Position numbers and translations under genes: made by a program. This document shows, piece by piece, positions 13,419 through 23,445 of a DNA stretch of 64,000 nucleotides. The notes under the pieces are model-generated. The model ran no database searches and was not told the DNA's origin. It saw only the letters and a list, made by a program, of their open reading frames with translations. The stretch lies in assembly GCA_043823005.1 (NCBI GenBank), contig JBDRBG010000013.1, positions 25,233 through 89,232 of the forward strand, read 5' to 3'. The first letter of the stretch is position 1, and every line of letters starts with the position of its first letter. The DNA comes from Candidatus Omnitrophota bacterium. Lineage in GTDB: Bacteria > Omnitrophota > Gorgyraeia > Tantalellales > Tantalellaceae.

Positions 13419-13675
13419 CCAATAAAAATATAGTTTACCCACAAAATTTATATTTTTATTGCTATTCGAGATTGCTTCGCCCGTTTCATGGGCTCGCAAA
13501 CACATTTTAACTCAGTCCCCTTATTTTCCCCAGTTACTTTTAAGTACACCCTAACAAATTACAATTTTACCCTTTGATTAAATGTTGTTCTTACAGTATA
13601 ATATATTTTAATTAAACCGAAAAAGAAAAAAGTTGCCGGATACCAAGAAAAATAAAATATAAAGAAGGGAGGCGT

Positions 13676-14038
13676 ATGGGAAAAATAATAAGCGGGGCAC
13701 AATATGTGCTAATCCTTTTTATGGTTTTCGCGCTTGTCGGTTGCGGAGTACCCAAAAGTGAACATGAAGTGCTTGAAAAAAAATACGAGCAAGTACAGAC
13801 AGAGATAGAAGCTTTTAACGAACAGGCTAAACAGGTTCAAACTAACAATGACGCGTTAAAAAAGAACGTCGAGGAGCTTAAGACGCAAGTGGCACAGCTT
13901 ACGATGGGGAATAGAAATTTAAAGAGTCAATACGAAAAGGCTTTAAAAGCAAATCAGGAGCTTGAGGCGAAAGCGGCAAATGAAACAGCCAAAAGAATAG
14001 AAGCCGGGAAAAGAACGGCAGATGAGTTAGCGGAATAA
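13676..14038 (+). CDS. coiled-coil lipoprotein, hypothetical
   Basis: Signal peptide plus lipobox (ALVGCG), followed by a Q/K/E-rich heptad region. Confidence 0.5.
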   Translation: MGKIISGAQYVLILFMVFALVGCGVPKSEHEVLEKKYEQVQTEIEAFNEQAKQVQTNNDALKKNVEELKTQVAQLTMGNRNLKSQYEKALKANQELEAKAANETAKRIEAGKRTADELAE

Positions 14039-14067
14039 TTTATTGATAACGGTCTAAATATATACCA

Positions 14068-14106
14068 ACAAAAAAGGAGAAGGCAAACAAAGGCTTCTCC
14101 TTTTTT
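14068..14106. terminator. bidirectional hairpin terminator between convergent genes
   Basis: AAGGAGAAG/CTTCTCCTT stem flanked by an A-run and a T-run. Confidence 0.6.
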
Positions 14107-14398
14107 ATTGGTTAAAAAGTTGATTTTGCAGGATCTTTTGTCCTGTCGGAGTTTTAATCAAAGCAGCGGTTACTGTACTTCCGGAATCGATTAGTTTACC
14201 GGCAAGGTTTCCTGTAACCGCGATAGTCGTACCCGCGGCGTCCGCTATTTTTCCGACAGAAGACGCGATCGCGCCCGTAGTTTTAAGCGCGTGTTTTGGA
14301 ATGTCCAGGATAGCGCAGCCGGACAGGAAAGAACAAAGAATGGAAAAGACTAAAAAACGCATAACATTAAGTATACCGAAAAAAACAGACCAAAACAA
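14105..14398 (-). CDS. small lipoprotein, hypothetical
   Basis: Signal peptide plus LSGCA lipobox, followed by a Gly/Ala/Thr-rich mature part. Confidence 0.45.
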   Translation of the reverse strand: MFWSVFFGILNVMRFLVFSILCSFLSGCAILDIPKHALKTTGAIASSVGKIADAAGTTIAVTGNLAGKLIDSGSTVTAALIKTPTGQKILQNQLFNQ

Positions 14399-14504
14399 AC
14401 GATAGACTACTATTAAAGAATAAAATTATTGTTTGTAACCTTGAAAAAGACAGGGTTACATGATAAGCTTTTGCCTGTGCAGACGCGCAAAAAAGGAGGG
14501 ATAA

Positions 14505-15548
14505 ATGAAAATAGGTATAATGGCTGCTTGGAATACAACAAGCGGTGTGGCCATGCACGCGGAGCCCATTGGCAAAGCCCTTAGGGCAATGGGACATAAA
14601 GTTACGGTGTTTTCTTTTGACAGGAACGACCATCACGGAGAAGGGATAACAGCGCACGATGAAAACTATGTTATACGGTGTTTTGGTACAAGAACGCACA
14701 CCAATCTATTAGATCCCCGGCCGTTTATTAACGCGGATTTTGATGTGCTGATGGTAGAAGACCTGGGAATGCTTCCTGTCGACAAACTGGCGAATATATT
14801 CCCTATTTTAAAAAAGAAAGCAAAAATAATTCATGTTGTTCACGAAAATAGACTTACCGAACATTCCTGGTTTTACAAACTGGATTGGGATAAAGTGGTT
14901 TATTTTGACCATCGCCAGGATTTTTTAAAAAAAGTCTATCCGGATGCTGTATATATTCCGTTCCCGTGTTTTCCTCTGCGAAGAGGAAACAAAGAAGCCG
15001 CGAGAAAAAAGCTAAAACTTCCTCTGGACAAAAAAATAATCTGTTCTTTTGAGCACAGAGGATATCATTCTTATTATAGGGATCTTCCTCCTGAGCTCAA
15101 GAAAAAAGCAGTATTATTGTATCTTATTACGCCTGATTATGAAATGCTGGAAGCTTTGACCCCGACCAGCTGGAGGATTATAAAAAAGAAAGCAACGTTA
15201 TCAACAAAAGAACTGGACAGTTATTTGTTTGCGTCGGATGTTATGATTCTTCATAAATTTCAGAGCCGGTTTCACGCAGTGGTATCTTCAACTGTTTTCC
15301 AGGCGCTGGGCACAGGTTGTCCTATTTTCGTTCCGCAACAATCCGATTTTTTCCATAGTTGGAAAGATGAAGTTGTTCATTACAGGGACAGTACGGCGCT
15401 TAATAAAAAACTGGAAGAATTACTTAAAGATGAAAACAAAAGAAAACGGCTAACATACGCGGCAGACAAATATGTTGTGGAACATTCACCCGAAAAAATA
15501 GCAAAACAATTTGTGGATTTATTCGAAAGCATATTAAAGAAGAAATAA
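14505..15548 (+). CDS. putative glycosyltransferase (GT-B / GT4-like)
   Basis: 347 aa with an N-terminus MKIGIMAAWNTTSGVAMH and a C-terminal half resembling GT4 folds. The assignment is from general resemblance only. Confidence 0.4.
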   Translation: MKIGIMAAWNTTSGVAMHAEPIGKALRAMGHKVTVFSFDRNDHHGEGITAHDENYVIRCFGTRTHTNLLDPRPFINADFDVLMVEDLGMLPVDKLANIFPILKKKAKIIHVVHENRLTEHSWFYKLDWDKVVYFDHRQDFLKKVYPDAVYIPFPCFPLRRGNKEAARKKLKLPLDKKIICSFEHRGYHSYYRDLPPELKKKAVLLYLITPDYEMLEALTPTSWRIIKKKATLSTKELDSYLFASDVMILHKFQSRFHAVVSSTVFQALGTGCPIFVPQQSDFFHSWKDEVVHYRDSTALNKKLEELLKDENKRKRLTYAADKYVVEHSPEKIAKQFVDLFESILKKK

Positions 15549-15587
15549 AACACAAAAGAACCGGTTAGTTGACAGGAGAGCCTTTTT

Positions 15588-15649
15588 TGCCTTTGAGAGC
15601 GACCCCCGGGAGAGCGGTCCTCCTGAGGCGGATCCGCCTTTGGCGGACA
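15588..15649 (+). repeat. family-1 repeat, degenerate long form
   Basis: TTGCCTTTGAGAGCGACCC..GAGCGGTCCTCCTGAGGCGGATCCGCCTTTGGCGGACA. Confidence 0.6.
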
Positions 15650-15673
15650 AGCTCATAAAGAAGGGGAAAAAAA

Positions 15674-16312
15674 ATGAGCGGACTTATAGCTAAAGAATTA
15701 AAAAAGCATATCCCGTTTACTGCGTTCGGAGCGCTGACAGGAATAGTTTTGATGGCGATTTTTTATAATCTTTCATATAGTGTCGCGTACAAGGCGTTTT
15801 ATTTTCTTCATCCACTGCATGTTGTTTTAAGCGCGATGGTTACAGCGGCTATGTATAAAAACTATAAATGCGCGAATGATAAAAAAAAACGTAATATTGT
15901 AACTTTACTGATTGTCGGTTTTGTCGGGTCTATCGGGATAGCAACTCTTAGTGACTCTATTCTTCCGTATCTGGGAGAAAGACTGTTAAACATGGAACAT
16001 GCGGAGCCTCATGTGGGGTTTATTGAAAAATGGAACATAATATTTCCGTTAGCCGGGTTAGGAATAGCCATAGCCTATATATATCCAAAAACACAGTTTC
16101 CTCACGCGGGACATGTTCTTATAAGTACATGGGCATCTCTTTTTCATATACTGATGGCTAACACGAGACCTTTAAGTTTTTTTGTTTCTTTAGGAATATT
16201 TTTGTTTTTGTTTCTTGCGGTATGGGTTCCGTGCTGTATAAGTGATATTGTTTTTCCCCTTCTTTTTGTGGGGAACAAAGAAACGACAAAAGCAAAGGGA
16301 ACAGATCTTTAA
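15674..16312 (+). CDS. integral membrane protein, hypothetical
   Basis: 212 aa with several hydrophobic helices. Confidence 0.45.
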   Translation: MSGLIAKELKKHIPFTAFGALTGIVLMAIFYNLSYSVAYKAFYFLHPLHVVLSAMVTAAMYKNYKCANDKKKRNIVTLLIVGFVGSIGIATLSDSILPYLGERLLNMEHAEPHVGFIEKWNIIFPLAGLGIAIAYIYPKTQFPHAGHVLISTWASLFHILMANTRPLSFFVSLGIFLFLFLAVWVPCCISDIVFPLLFVGNKETTKAKGTDL

Positions 16313-16333
16313 TCCCTTACAGAATGTTATACT

Positions 16334-16729
16334 ATGAAAGAAGAACGAAAAAATCCTCGTTATAAAGCGGCATATTTTCTGGAAATGGAAACCGGAAAGA
16401 AGAACATCGCGCTTGAGCTTATAGATTTAAGCAAATGCGGGATATCGTTTTTATCTCCCCAAAAACTCCGAAAAGGAACAAATCTCAGGGTAAGGATCTT
16501 TTTTAAAACAAAAAAGGTCAGTTTAGACGCGAAAGTGATAACCGCGGAAACTTCTGATAAAAACAAAACTCTTATAGGAGCAGAACTGCTTAGTGTCCCG
16601 GAAGAATTCAAAACCATTCTTGATAAAGAAATAGACGAAATCCAGAAACTTCAGATAAAACTAAACGTTCGAAGACAAGACCCAGTTTCTTTTAAACAAG
16701 CTTCCGCAGAATATTTAAATAATGAATAG
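16334..16729 (+). CDS. PilZ-domain protein (c-di-GMP binding)
   Basis: Contains RKNPR (RxxxR) and DLSKCGISF (DxSxxG) motifs. Confidence 0.6.
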   Translation: MKEERKNPRYKAAYFLEMETGKKNIALELIDLSKCGISFLSPQKLRKGTNLRVRIFFKTKKVSLDAKVITAETSDKNKTLIGAELLSVPEEFKTILDKEIDEIQKLQIKLNVRRQDPVSFKQASAEYLNNE

Positions 16730-16826
16730 TGTTTGGTGAACAGTGAATGGTGTCTTGTCCTGACATAGCTTGGAGGAGGAATGCAAAATAGCGGTTGGTG
16801 AATAGGAAAAAGGGAAAACATCCCAT

Positions 16827-16869
16827 CCGTCTTTGCGAGGCACGAGGCAAACGAGTGCCGCGGCAATCT
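16827..16869 (+). repeat. family-1 repeat
   Basis: CGTCTTTGCGAGGCACGAGGCAAACGAGTGCCGCGGCAATCTC. Confidence 0.85.
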
Positions 16870-17009
16870 CGAAAGAAACAGACATAAACACTCAATCTTT
16901 AAGCCCTTAAGATTTTCGGACAGCTCTTGCCGTAGATTAAATAGGGATGTACACTTGGGAAAATGAATTTGTAAAGTAAAAGCTATTCAATAAACACAAA
17001 AAGGGGGCC

Positions 17010-17606
17010 ATGATGAATAAAATATTTGCGGGTTTAATGGTATTAATTTTTATTTTTTCGATTTTACCGGATATTTCATACGCTCAGTCAGATTCAGGGG
17101 TACAACAGATAAAACAGGAGATAGAAAACCATAAAGCCGCTATACACAGGTTGAGAAACAAAATCGCCGAGATAAAAGGCGCTCCGCCTATTAGGGAATA
17201 CCAGGGGTCAGATGAAGGCGAATCTTACGCGGAAGAATATTACGATGAATCTGGTGATGAATATGCGGGCGACGAAAACACAACAACAGGAGAAGGATAT
17301 GAAGGCCGTCGTATGGGAGAACATAAAGTTCCCCCTCCTGGAATGAGAAAATATAAAGGCGCGGTTTCTCTGGACTTAAAACATAAACAGGGTATGCGGG
17401 ATAAAAAACTTATGTCAGGGGAAAGAAAAGGTTCTGTTGAAGTCCAGGGAAAAAGAGGAGGCCGTCCGGGAGGCCCCAAAGGGAAAGGCCCGGCTGGGAA
17501 GGGAAAAGGTTCTGGTGGATTTAAAGCTAAGCGGCTTGTAGGAAAACCAGGCGGTGGCGGAAATCGTCCGGTTGGCGGCGGCAGTTCCAGAGGCGGGCGA
17601 AGGTAA
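17010..17606 (+). CDS. secreted Gly/Lys-rich low-complexity protein, hypothetical
   Basis: Signal peptide followed by GKGxxG and GGG repeats. Confidence 0.45.
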   Translation: MMNKIFAGLMVLIFIFSILPDISYAQSDSGVQQIKQEIENHKAAIHRLRNKIAEIKGAPPIREYQGSDEGESYAEEYYDESGDEYAGDENTTTGEGYEGRRMGEHKVPPPGMRKYKGAVSLDLKHKQGMRDKKLMSGERKGSVEVQGKRGGRPGGPKGKGPAGKGKGSGGFKAKRLVGKPGGGGNRPVGGGSSRGGRR

Positions 17607-18030
17607 AACGATTTATACAAGATATTAAGATAGCAAAAAAGAGGCTCTTGGAAAATTTATTTTTCAGAGTCTCTTTTTTTGTCTGCGCTAGACAGAAACA
17701 AAAAAAGAACGCGGCAAATAATTAACAATACAAAAGTTATTTTTAATGATTGATAAAAAACGAGATTTTTGGAAAATAAAGGTAGCTTTGATTAAGTTAA
17801 CCAAGAGTTTTGAATAAATTTAGTGATACATCCTAGAGAGGAATACATCAAAGACGTTCTTCACAGTTTTTCATTCCACGCATTTTCAGAACGAACATTT
17901 ATATATCACAAAAATAACACGATCTAGACATGCAGTTTGTTTTTTTAACAGCTTTATTGCTTCCAGGGACAACAACTACGAAGAAGCTATTTTGCAGGAT
18001 TCGTTAAATAATTACTTTTAAGGAGGCAAT

Positions 18031-21000
18031 GTGTTTAAAAAAGTATTGGTTCTGGTGGTAAGTTTTTTATTAATCAGTCAAAACATTCCGTGTTTTTCTT
18101 CTCCCATTTCGGCTCACTCTCAGCAAAACGTACAAATAACGACATTGTTTAATTTAGCTGATCAGGAAGACGCCTATACGGTGGCTTTAGCAAAATATTT
18201 TTTTGTTTTTTTAGATAAATTAGATACAACATTACAGGGAGCCGATTTTAAGAATGTTGAAAAATTAATTAAGGCGCGGGTCGAACAATTCCAAGACGGA
18301 GCAAAAACCCTCATTAAACACGAGAGAGAGACAAAAAAAGGAATTGTTGAAAAAAATTTGCCAATGATTAAGGTTGATGAAAGCGCAGGCGAACTGTTAG
18401 TTATTATGTCTGATTATATCGTTAGGTATTATAACCCAAAAACATCTAAGAAAGATCAAATTTTAGGAGAAGAGACATTCAAAGAATATTCTTATAAGGT
18501 TAGCGAAGAAGACGATATTAATGGTCGATTGAGAAAACAAATACTCCAAAGAGGGAAAGAACCAGTTTTGGTAAAGTTGCTAATGGAAATGCAAGACAAA
18601 AAAGAGCGGGATGTAACAATAGACGAAATAGCTCAGTTATTGTTATCCCGCAACGAACAAGAATATGTTCTAAGCCTGATGCTTTATATCTTAAATGCTA
18701 TAGAAGAAGTAGGCGAAGATTTTGTGGATGATAAGGTAAATAGGATTTATGAGCAGGCAGACAATATAATAAAGACTGTGGAAAAAAAACTTTTAGATAC
18801 AAAAGATATCAAAAAAAAGATAAAAAACGAATCGAATATAAGAGAAATGTACAGGCATAATTATCCGTTTATTCGCAGGAAAGCCGATGTGGATGGAAAC
18901 TTAAATGAAATAGTGATACATGTTGGAGAGTATGCTTTGCGGTATTATAATGGACAGACAGCGTACGCGAAATATGAGCTTGAAGATCCTGAAGATTCGA
19001 AAAACGCGGAACCGGTCTTTTATTCAGCTGTACAAGAAGGTCCAGTTGATGGGGCTCTACGGGTGCAATTGTTGAAAGTCGAAGACGACGCTGATGCTTC
19101 TCCGGCAGAAACTCCAATAATCTCTGCGGTAAACGCGAGAAACGAACAAAACAAAAGTAATTATCCTTCAGATATAAAACGAGAAGATCCGTATCTGTTT
19201 TTCAGGTTAAGAGAGTTAAGAATGCCTATATATTCGCAGAAAGATGATACTTATTATGTCTGGGATAACGACAGCGTGGAAAAAGTAGTCAAGATGCGGC
19301 ATGATATGGGCGATAACGACGAGAAACTGCCCCCAGTTATTCAGATTGATGAAATGGGTAATGTGAAAGATAGAGTAAAAGAAGAGACTCCGTTATATGA
19401 TATTAATTTCAGAGCAGACCGGCAAAAACAATGGGTCGGGGTAATCCTGGAGAAATCTTTGACCCCGTTTAAGGTAGCGTATCAAATACTTAAAGCAGTT
19501 CTTGTTGTGACCACACAATATTTGCCGATAGTGAACAGCGAAAACGTAATTTTGGAAAAAACAAAAGTGGAAAACGGACTTGTCGAAGTCCTGACCAGAG
19601 AAGGTATTTATGTCAAATATGTATTTGACGCTGAAAAAGGAAAATTTATTCCCGCGTTTAGAGGCGGGCAGGAAGAGCCTTTTGATAAGGAACTGGAAGA
19701 CCTGGAATTTGGATCGATTTCAATGCCTGTTTTAATGACAGAAGAACAATGCAACAAACACGATCCTGCTGTAAAAATGAGGTTAAAAGATAAATATATC
19801 GGCTGGTTTTATGGCGATGTTCCAAAAGGATTAAAGCAGATACCGAATAAAGAATACAGAAAATATCCCGGATTAAGTATGTTTGTTTTAGCCAGAGCAA
19901 CCGCGACAAAAATAAGAGAAGCCAAAGAAGGTACGTTTGGTCTTACTAATCTTGACGGCCCGGATTTAATAGGCCATGTCGCAGGAAAAGACGTCGAGAA
20001 AATAACAGATCTTTTTGTTGAAACCGAAGAAGGCAAATTTGAATTAAAACAAGGGAACGGTTGGGATTGTGTTCTGGAGTGTCTTAAAATAGCTGACGCC
20101 GGACTTAATCTTATGATGAAAGAAGTAGAGGATAAAGAAGGAGTTTTTATTCTTGTTGGAGACCATGGGTCTGTGGATGATATGCGTTTTCCAAATCATT
20201 CGGCTAATGATGTTCCGATATTTATAATAGATTATGAGAATGAAGATATAAAACTTGTAAAATCTACAGGGAGTCAAAAGGATACGCAAGCAGATGTAGC
20301 TGTAACGATCCTTCATGTTTTAGGTATTGATAAACCGACGGAAATGACAGGAAAAAGTCTTTTGCCGGAAGATTATAAAGGAAGAAAAGACAGGATAGTA
20401 TGGCAGGTTATCTTAGACGGGTTCGGGCATACAGACCTTGATCCAGAGCAAAACGCTTTTCTCCGGGCAAGGGAAAAAGGCATAACGCCTACGATCAAAA
20501 AATTATATGACATGAAAAATTATGTGCTTCTTAAAGCCGCGGGGATGTATGCCGGACTGCGCGGGGGATGGGTGGAAGAAATATATGAAATGAATCAACA
20601 AGCAAAAAAAGAAGGAGGGGTTCAGTATGACCCTCTGAAAAGAAAAGCAATGATAACTCAACTGGAAAGCACACAAGACAATTATTGGAAAAAAATAAAA
20701 ATAGTGAATTATGATTATCGGGATATTCCGCAGGCACAGCTGTTGTGTTCTTATGAAAACGGGTTGGACATTCTTAAAAGGTCCAGTTTACTGCAGGATA
20801 AGATGTTTCTGGTTAATTATGACCAGGAGCACTTTATGACAAAAGATATTCCGGACAGAACCGTCGAGGTAGTTTGTCTTGATCTCAGACAAATAGGGTC
20901 AACTGAATATAATACATGGACGCTTGGTGCCGGACGTATAGTTGAACAATCTATAAGGCGTATAGATAAAAGATGGCTTAATGGCACAATGCTTAAGAGT

Positions 21001-22224
21001 AAAGCTCTCCAAAATTTCACAAAACACGCAAAACAAGAAGGCTATGCTCATATAGTCGGCATATTGCAGGAAGCAGGCGTACATGCGTCCGCAAGACAGT
21101 TATATTGGTTAATAGAACATTTAAAAAGGAACGGGGTGAATAGATTTGTATTAGATCTGGCGACTGACGGTAGAGATGAAGGGGGCAGGGACTCTTTGAT
21201 CAGGATAAAAGAACTTAGAGCCGCTTTAAAATTTTATGGCATACAGGATAAAGATTATGTCTTAAATTTGCGGGGCAGGGAGATCTGTTTTGACAGGGCA
21301 AAGAACTGGAACTTAACAGAAGCATGGATAAATGAACTTGTCTGGGGAAGTAGAATAGATAAAAGCATCGGCGCCGGATATATAACGAAAGAACTGATTT
21401 TAAATAGCTATGAAAAGGGGAAAGAACTCTGGGAAAAAATGATTGAAAAACGCTGGTTAGTAAAGGTTAATGACGAAGAAGCTAAAATACAGGACAAGGA
21501 ATGGAGGGAGGACGGAGATTTCGGAGGAGGACTTGATGAATACAAAAACTCTATAGAAGGTATTTTAAAACAGTCCAGATTCAAAAAACTGCTGGATAAC
21601 GAAGGGATCGTTGCGAATATCCTGCGTAATGCTTTCAGCGCATTGAACGAGAACCAAGAAAAACAAATATTGGCTTTTGATCTGGAGCTTGGGAATAAAA
21701 AAGCAGGCAGGTTGATAAAACAGCTTGTACAAGCTATTGAAGAAATGAAACAAGACAATATATTAAATAAGATCCTGAAAAACATAGAGATAATCAAAGT
21801 CAATGGAGCGGAGTTAGGTAACAGACTGGATATTTTGACTAAGAGCGAAACGGGCATAAAAAAAGAGAACATTATCATTATAGCGAAAAAGACAAATAAA
21901 AACTATTTTACGGGATATGATAGCGTCTCGACAATAGCGTATATAGATGATTCGGAACTATCGAAAGAAGACCTTCTTCCATTACCCGAAATAACGCTTT
22001 TTGCAATAGCAAAGCATCTGGGGTGGAGTGCGGATAAATTAGAGCATCTATATGCGTGCATTTTAAATGCAGAAAGTGTTAACAGCTTAGCTGAATTTAC
22101 TGAAAAATTCGGAAAAGACAAAACTTCCTTTATTGTAAAGATTATCCCTAAAGCCGTTAGGTTTGATATGCAGGAATTAAAGGAAGTTGTAGATCAAATG
22201 GTCAGGATATTAAAATACGCTTAA
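18031..22224 (+). CDS. large secreted protein with an embedded iPGM-like / alkaline-phosphatase-superfamily metalloenzyme domain
   Basis: 1397 aa with a signal peptide. The segment from about 19870 to 20400 has NLDGPDLIGHVAG, LVGDHGS and KPTEMTGKSLL, matching iPGM C-terminal motifs (PDMVGH, ADHG, PAEMTGKSL). Confidence 0.7.
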   Translation: MFKKVLVLVVSFLLISQNIPCFSSPISAHSQQNVQITTLFNLADQEDAYTVALAKYFFVFLDKLDTTLQGADFKNVEKLIKARVEQFQDGAKTLIKHERETKKGIVEKNLPMIKVDESAGELLVIMSDYIVRYYNPKTSKKDQILGEETFKEYSYKVSEEDDINGRLRKQILQRGKEPVLVKLLMEMQDKKERDVTIDEIAQLLLSRNEQEYVLSLMLYILNAIEEVGEDFVDDKVNRIYEQADNIIKTVEKKLLDTKDIKKKIKNESNIREMYRHNYPFIRRKADVDGNLNEIVIHVGEYALRYYNGQTAYAKYELEDPEDSKNAEPVFYSAVQEGPVDGALRVQLLKVEDDADASPAETPIISAVNARNEQNKSNYPSDIKREDPYLFFRLRELRMPIYSQKDDTYYVWDNDSVEKVVKMRHDMGDNDEKLPPVIQIDEMGNVKDRVKEETPLYDINFRADRQKQWVGVILEKSLTPFKVAYQILKAVLVVTTQYLPIVNSENVILEKTKVENGLVEVLTREGIYVKYVFDAEKGKFIPAFRGGQEEPFDKELEDLEFGSISMPVLMTEEQCNKHDPAVKMRLKDKYIGWFYGDVPKGLKQIPNKEYRKYPGLSMFVLARATATKIREAKEGTFGLTNLDGPDLIGHVAGKDVEKITDLFVETEEGKFELKQGNGWDCVLECLKIADAGLNLMMKEVEDKEGVFILVGDHGSVDDMRFPNHSANDVPIFIIDYENEDIKLVKSTGSQKDTQADVAVTILHVLGIDKPTEMTGKSLLPEDYKGRKDRIVWQVILDGFGHTDLDPEQNAFLRAREKGITPTIKKLYDMKNYVLLKAAGMYAGLRGGWVEEIYEMNQQAKKEGGVQYDPLKRKAMITQLESTQDNYWKKIKIVNYDYRDIPQAQLLCSYENGLDILKRSSLLQDKMFLVNYDQEHFMTKDIPDRTVEVVCLDLRQIGSTEYNTWTLGAGRIVEQSIRRIDKRWLNGTMLKSKALQNFTKHAKQEGYAHIVGILQEAGVHASARQLYWLIEHLKRNGVNRFVLDLATDGRDEGGRDSLIRIKELRAALKFYGIQDKDYVLNLRGREICFDRAKNWNLTEAWINELVWGSRIDKSIGAGYITKELILNSYEKGKELWEKMIEKRWLVKVNDEEAKIQDKEWREDGDFGGGLDEYKNSIEGILKQSRFKKLLDNEGIVANILRNAFSALNENQEKQILAFDLELGNKKAGRLIKQLVQAIEEMKQDNILNKILKNIEIIKVNGAELGNRLDILTKSETGIKKENIIIIAKKTNKNYFTGYDSVSTIAYIDDSELSKEDLLPLPEITLFAIAKHLGWSADKLEHLYACILNAESVNSLAEFTEKFGKDKTSFIVKIIPKAVRFDMQELKEVVDQMVRILKYA

Positions 22225-22321
22225 AAAATTAGAGGGAAAGTCATTTTTATTGACTTCATGATAAATGTGTGATAATTTATTGACCACGTAAAACACTATA
22301 TAGAAATACTATAAATAACGT

Positions 22322-22397
22322 GCCACGGTAGCTCAGTCGGTAGAGCAGGGGACTGAAAATCCCTGTGTCGGCGGTTCAATTCCGTCCCGTGGCACCA
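22322..22397 (+). tRNA. tRNA-Phe (anticodon GAA)
   Basis: GCCACGGTAGCTCAGTCGGTAGAGCAGGGGACTGAAAATCCC...GGTTCAATTCC...CCGTGGCACCA. Confidence 0.85.
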
Positions 22398-22400
22398 TTA

Positions 22401-22430
22401 AAAAAGGCTTTCTTAGGAAAGCCTTTTTTA
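22401..22430 (+). terminator. rho-independent terminator after tRNA-Phe
   Basis: AAAGGCTTTC/GAAAGCCTTT stem followed by a T-run. Confidence 0.7.
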
Positions 22431-22570
22431 ATGGTTAGTGTTATTTGCTGAGACATAAAAGTCTACTCGGAGCAAATAACACATGCTTTTGTCCGCATTA
22501 TTCACCTGTATCGTTCTAAAAAAGTTGACACTTTTTCTGTCGGAGCCGTCTCCTGACGGCGAACCTAATT

Positions 22571-22611
22571 CGTCTTTGCGAGGAGGAGCGTAGTGACGAC
22601 GCGGCAATCTC
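22571..22611 (+). repeat. family-1 repeat
   Basis: CGTCTTTGCGAGGAGGAGCGTAGTGACGACGCGGCAATCTC, preceded by the GAGCCGTCTCCTGACGGCGAACC module. Confidence 0.85.
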
Positions 22612-22874
22612 TTGTTTTTCAGGACAAGACACCATTTACCAAAGTTGGCTTAATTGTTCGTCTACAATGCAGAATGTAGGAAGAAAAAGGCTTCTTGCTA
22701 GAAGCTTTTTGTGGGATAGTGTTATTTTCTGCTTTACAAGTATGGATTTAGTATGCATTTAGGACTACAAATAAGAGCAAGTATGTAGTATAATAATGCC
22801 GCAAATGACCGGAGATGCTGCGTACAGGTTGTAACAAAAAACAAGTTAAAGAAAATTTGATATAAGGAGGGGAC

Positions 22875-23243
22875 ATGGCAAAAAAACGTATTCTGGTTAT
22901 TGATGATGAAAAAGGTTTTACAGAGCTTGTAGAAGAGGTTCTTTTGGATGCTGGTAAATATGAGGTTAGAATAGTTAATAGCGCTCATCATGCAGTGGCT
23001 GCTGCAAAGGAGTTCTTTCCGCAGTTAATCCTGCTGGATCTTATGATGCCGGAAATGGACGGAGCAGATGTGGCTGAAAAGATTAAGAAAGATGAGAGCA
23101 TTAAAGATATTCCAATTGTCTTTTTAACTGCTATGGTAACTTCAGAAGAAACAGAGATTGGAACCATAGGCGGGCATAAGTTCTTGGCAAAGCCTGTGGG
23201 GATCAGAGAATTGATGAGCTGTGTTGAGCAAAATATACGATAG
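22875..23243 (+). CDS. stand-alone response-regulator receiver (CheY-like)
   Basis: ILVIDDE...LILLDLMMPEMDG...KP receiver motifs with no output domain. Confidence 0.8.
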   Translation: MAKKRILVIDDEKGFTELVEEVLLDAGKYEVRIVNSAHHAVAAAKEFFPQLILLDLMMPEMDGADVAEKIKKDESIKDIPIVFLTAMVTSEETEIGTIGGHKFLAKPVGIRELMSCVEQNIR

Positions 23244-23445
23244 TTTTCCACTAAAATAACATAAGTTCTTTTCTTTTATAGAGAAGTATCTTAAGACTTA
23301 CCTTTTAGCCTCCTAAAAAATAACGCAAAATTAACACTTTAGCAACTGAAAATTAACCCTTTAATGGTATATTTAAGGCATAAAAAAGGGAGAGATGTTT
23401 CTCGTAAATAGTGCCTTGGGAATACAGACAACAAGGAGGGATTTC

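Noticed and set aside
17240-17620. 126-aa Pro-rich minus-strand ORF overlapping the Gly/Lys-rich secreted protein gene
   Set aside because: This is the mirror image of the GGN/AAR repeat codons on the other strand. The plus-strand ORF has a signal peptide and a ribosome-binding site, so it is preferred.
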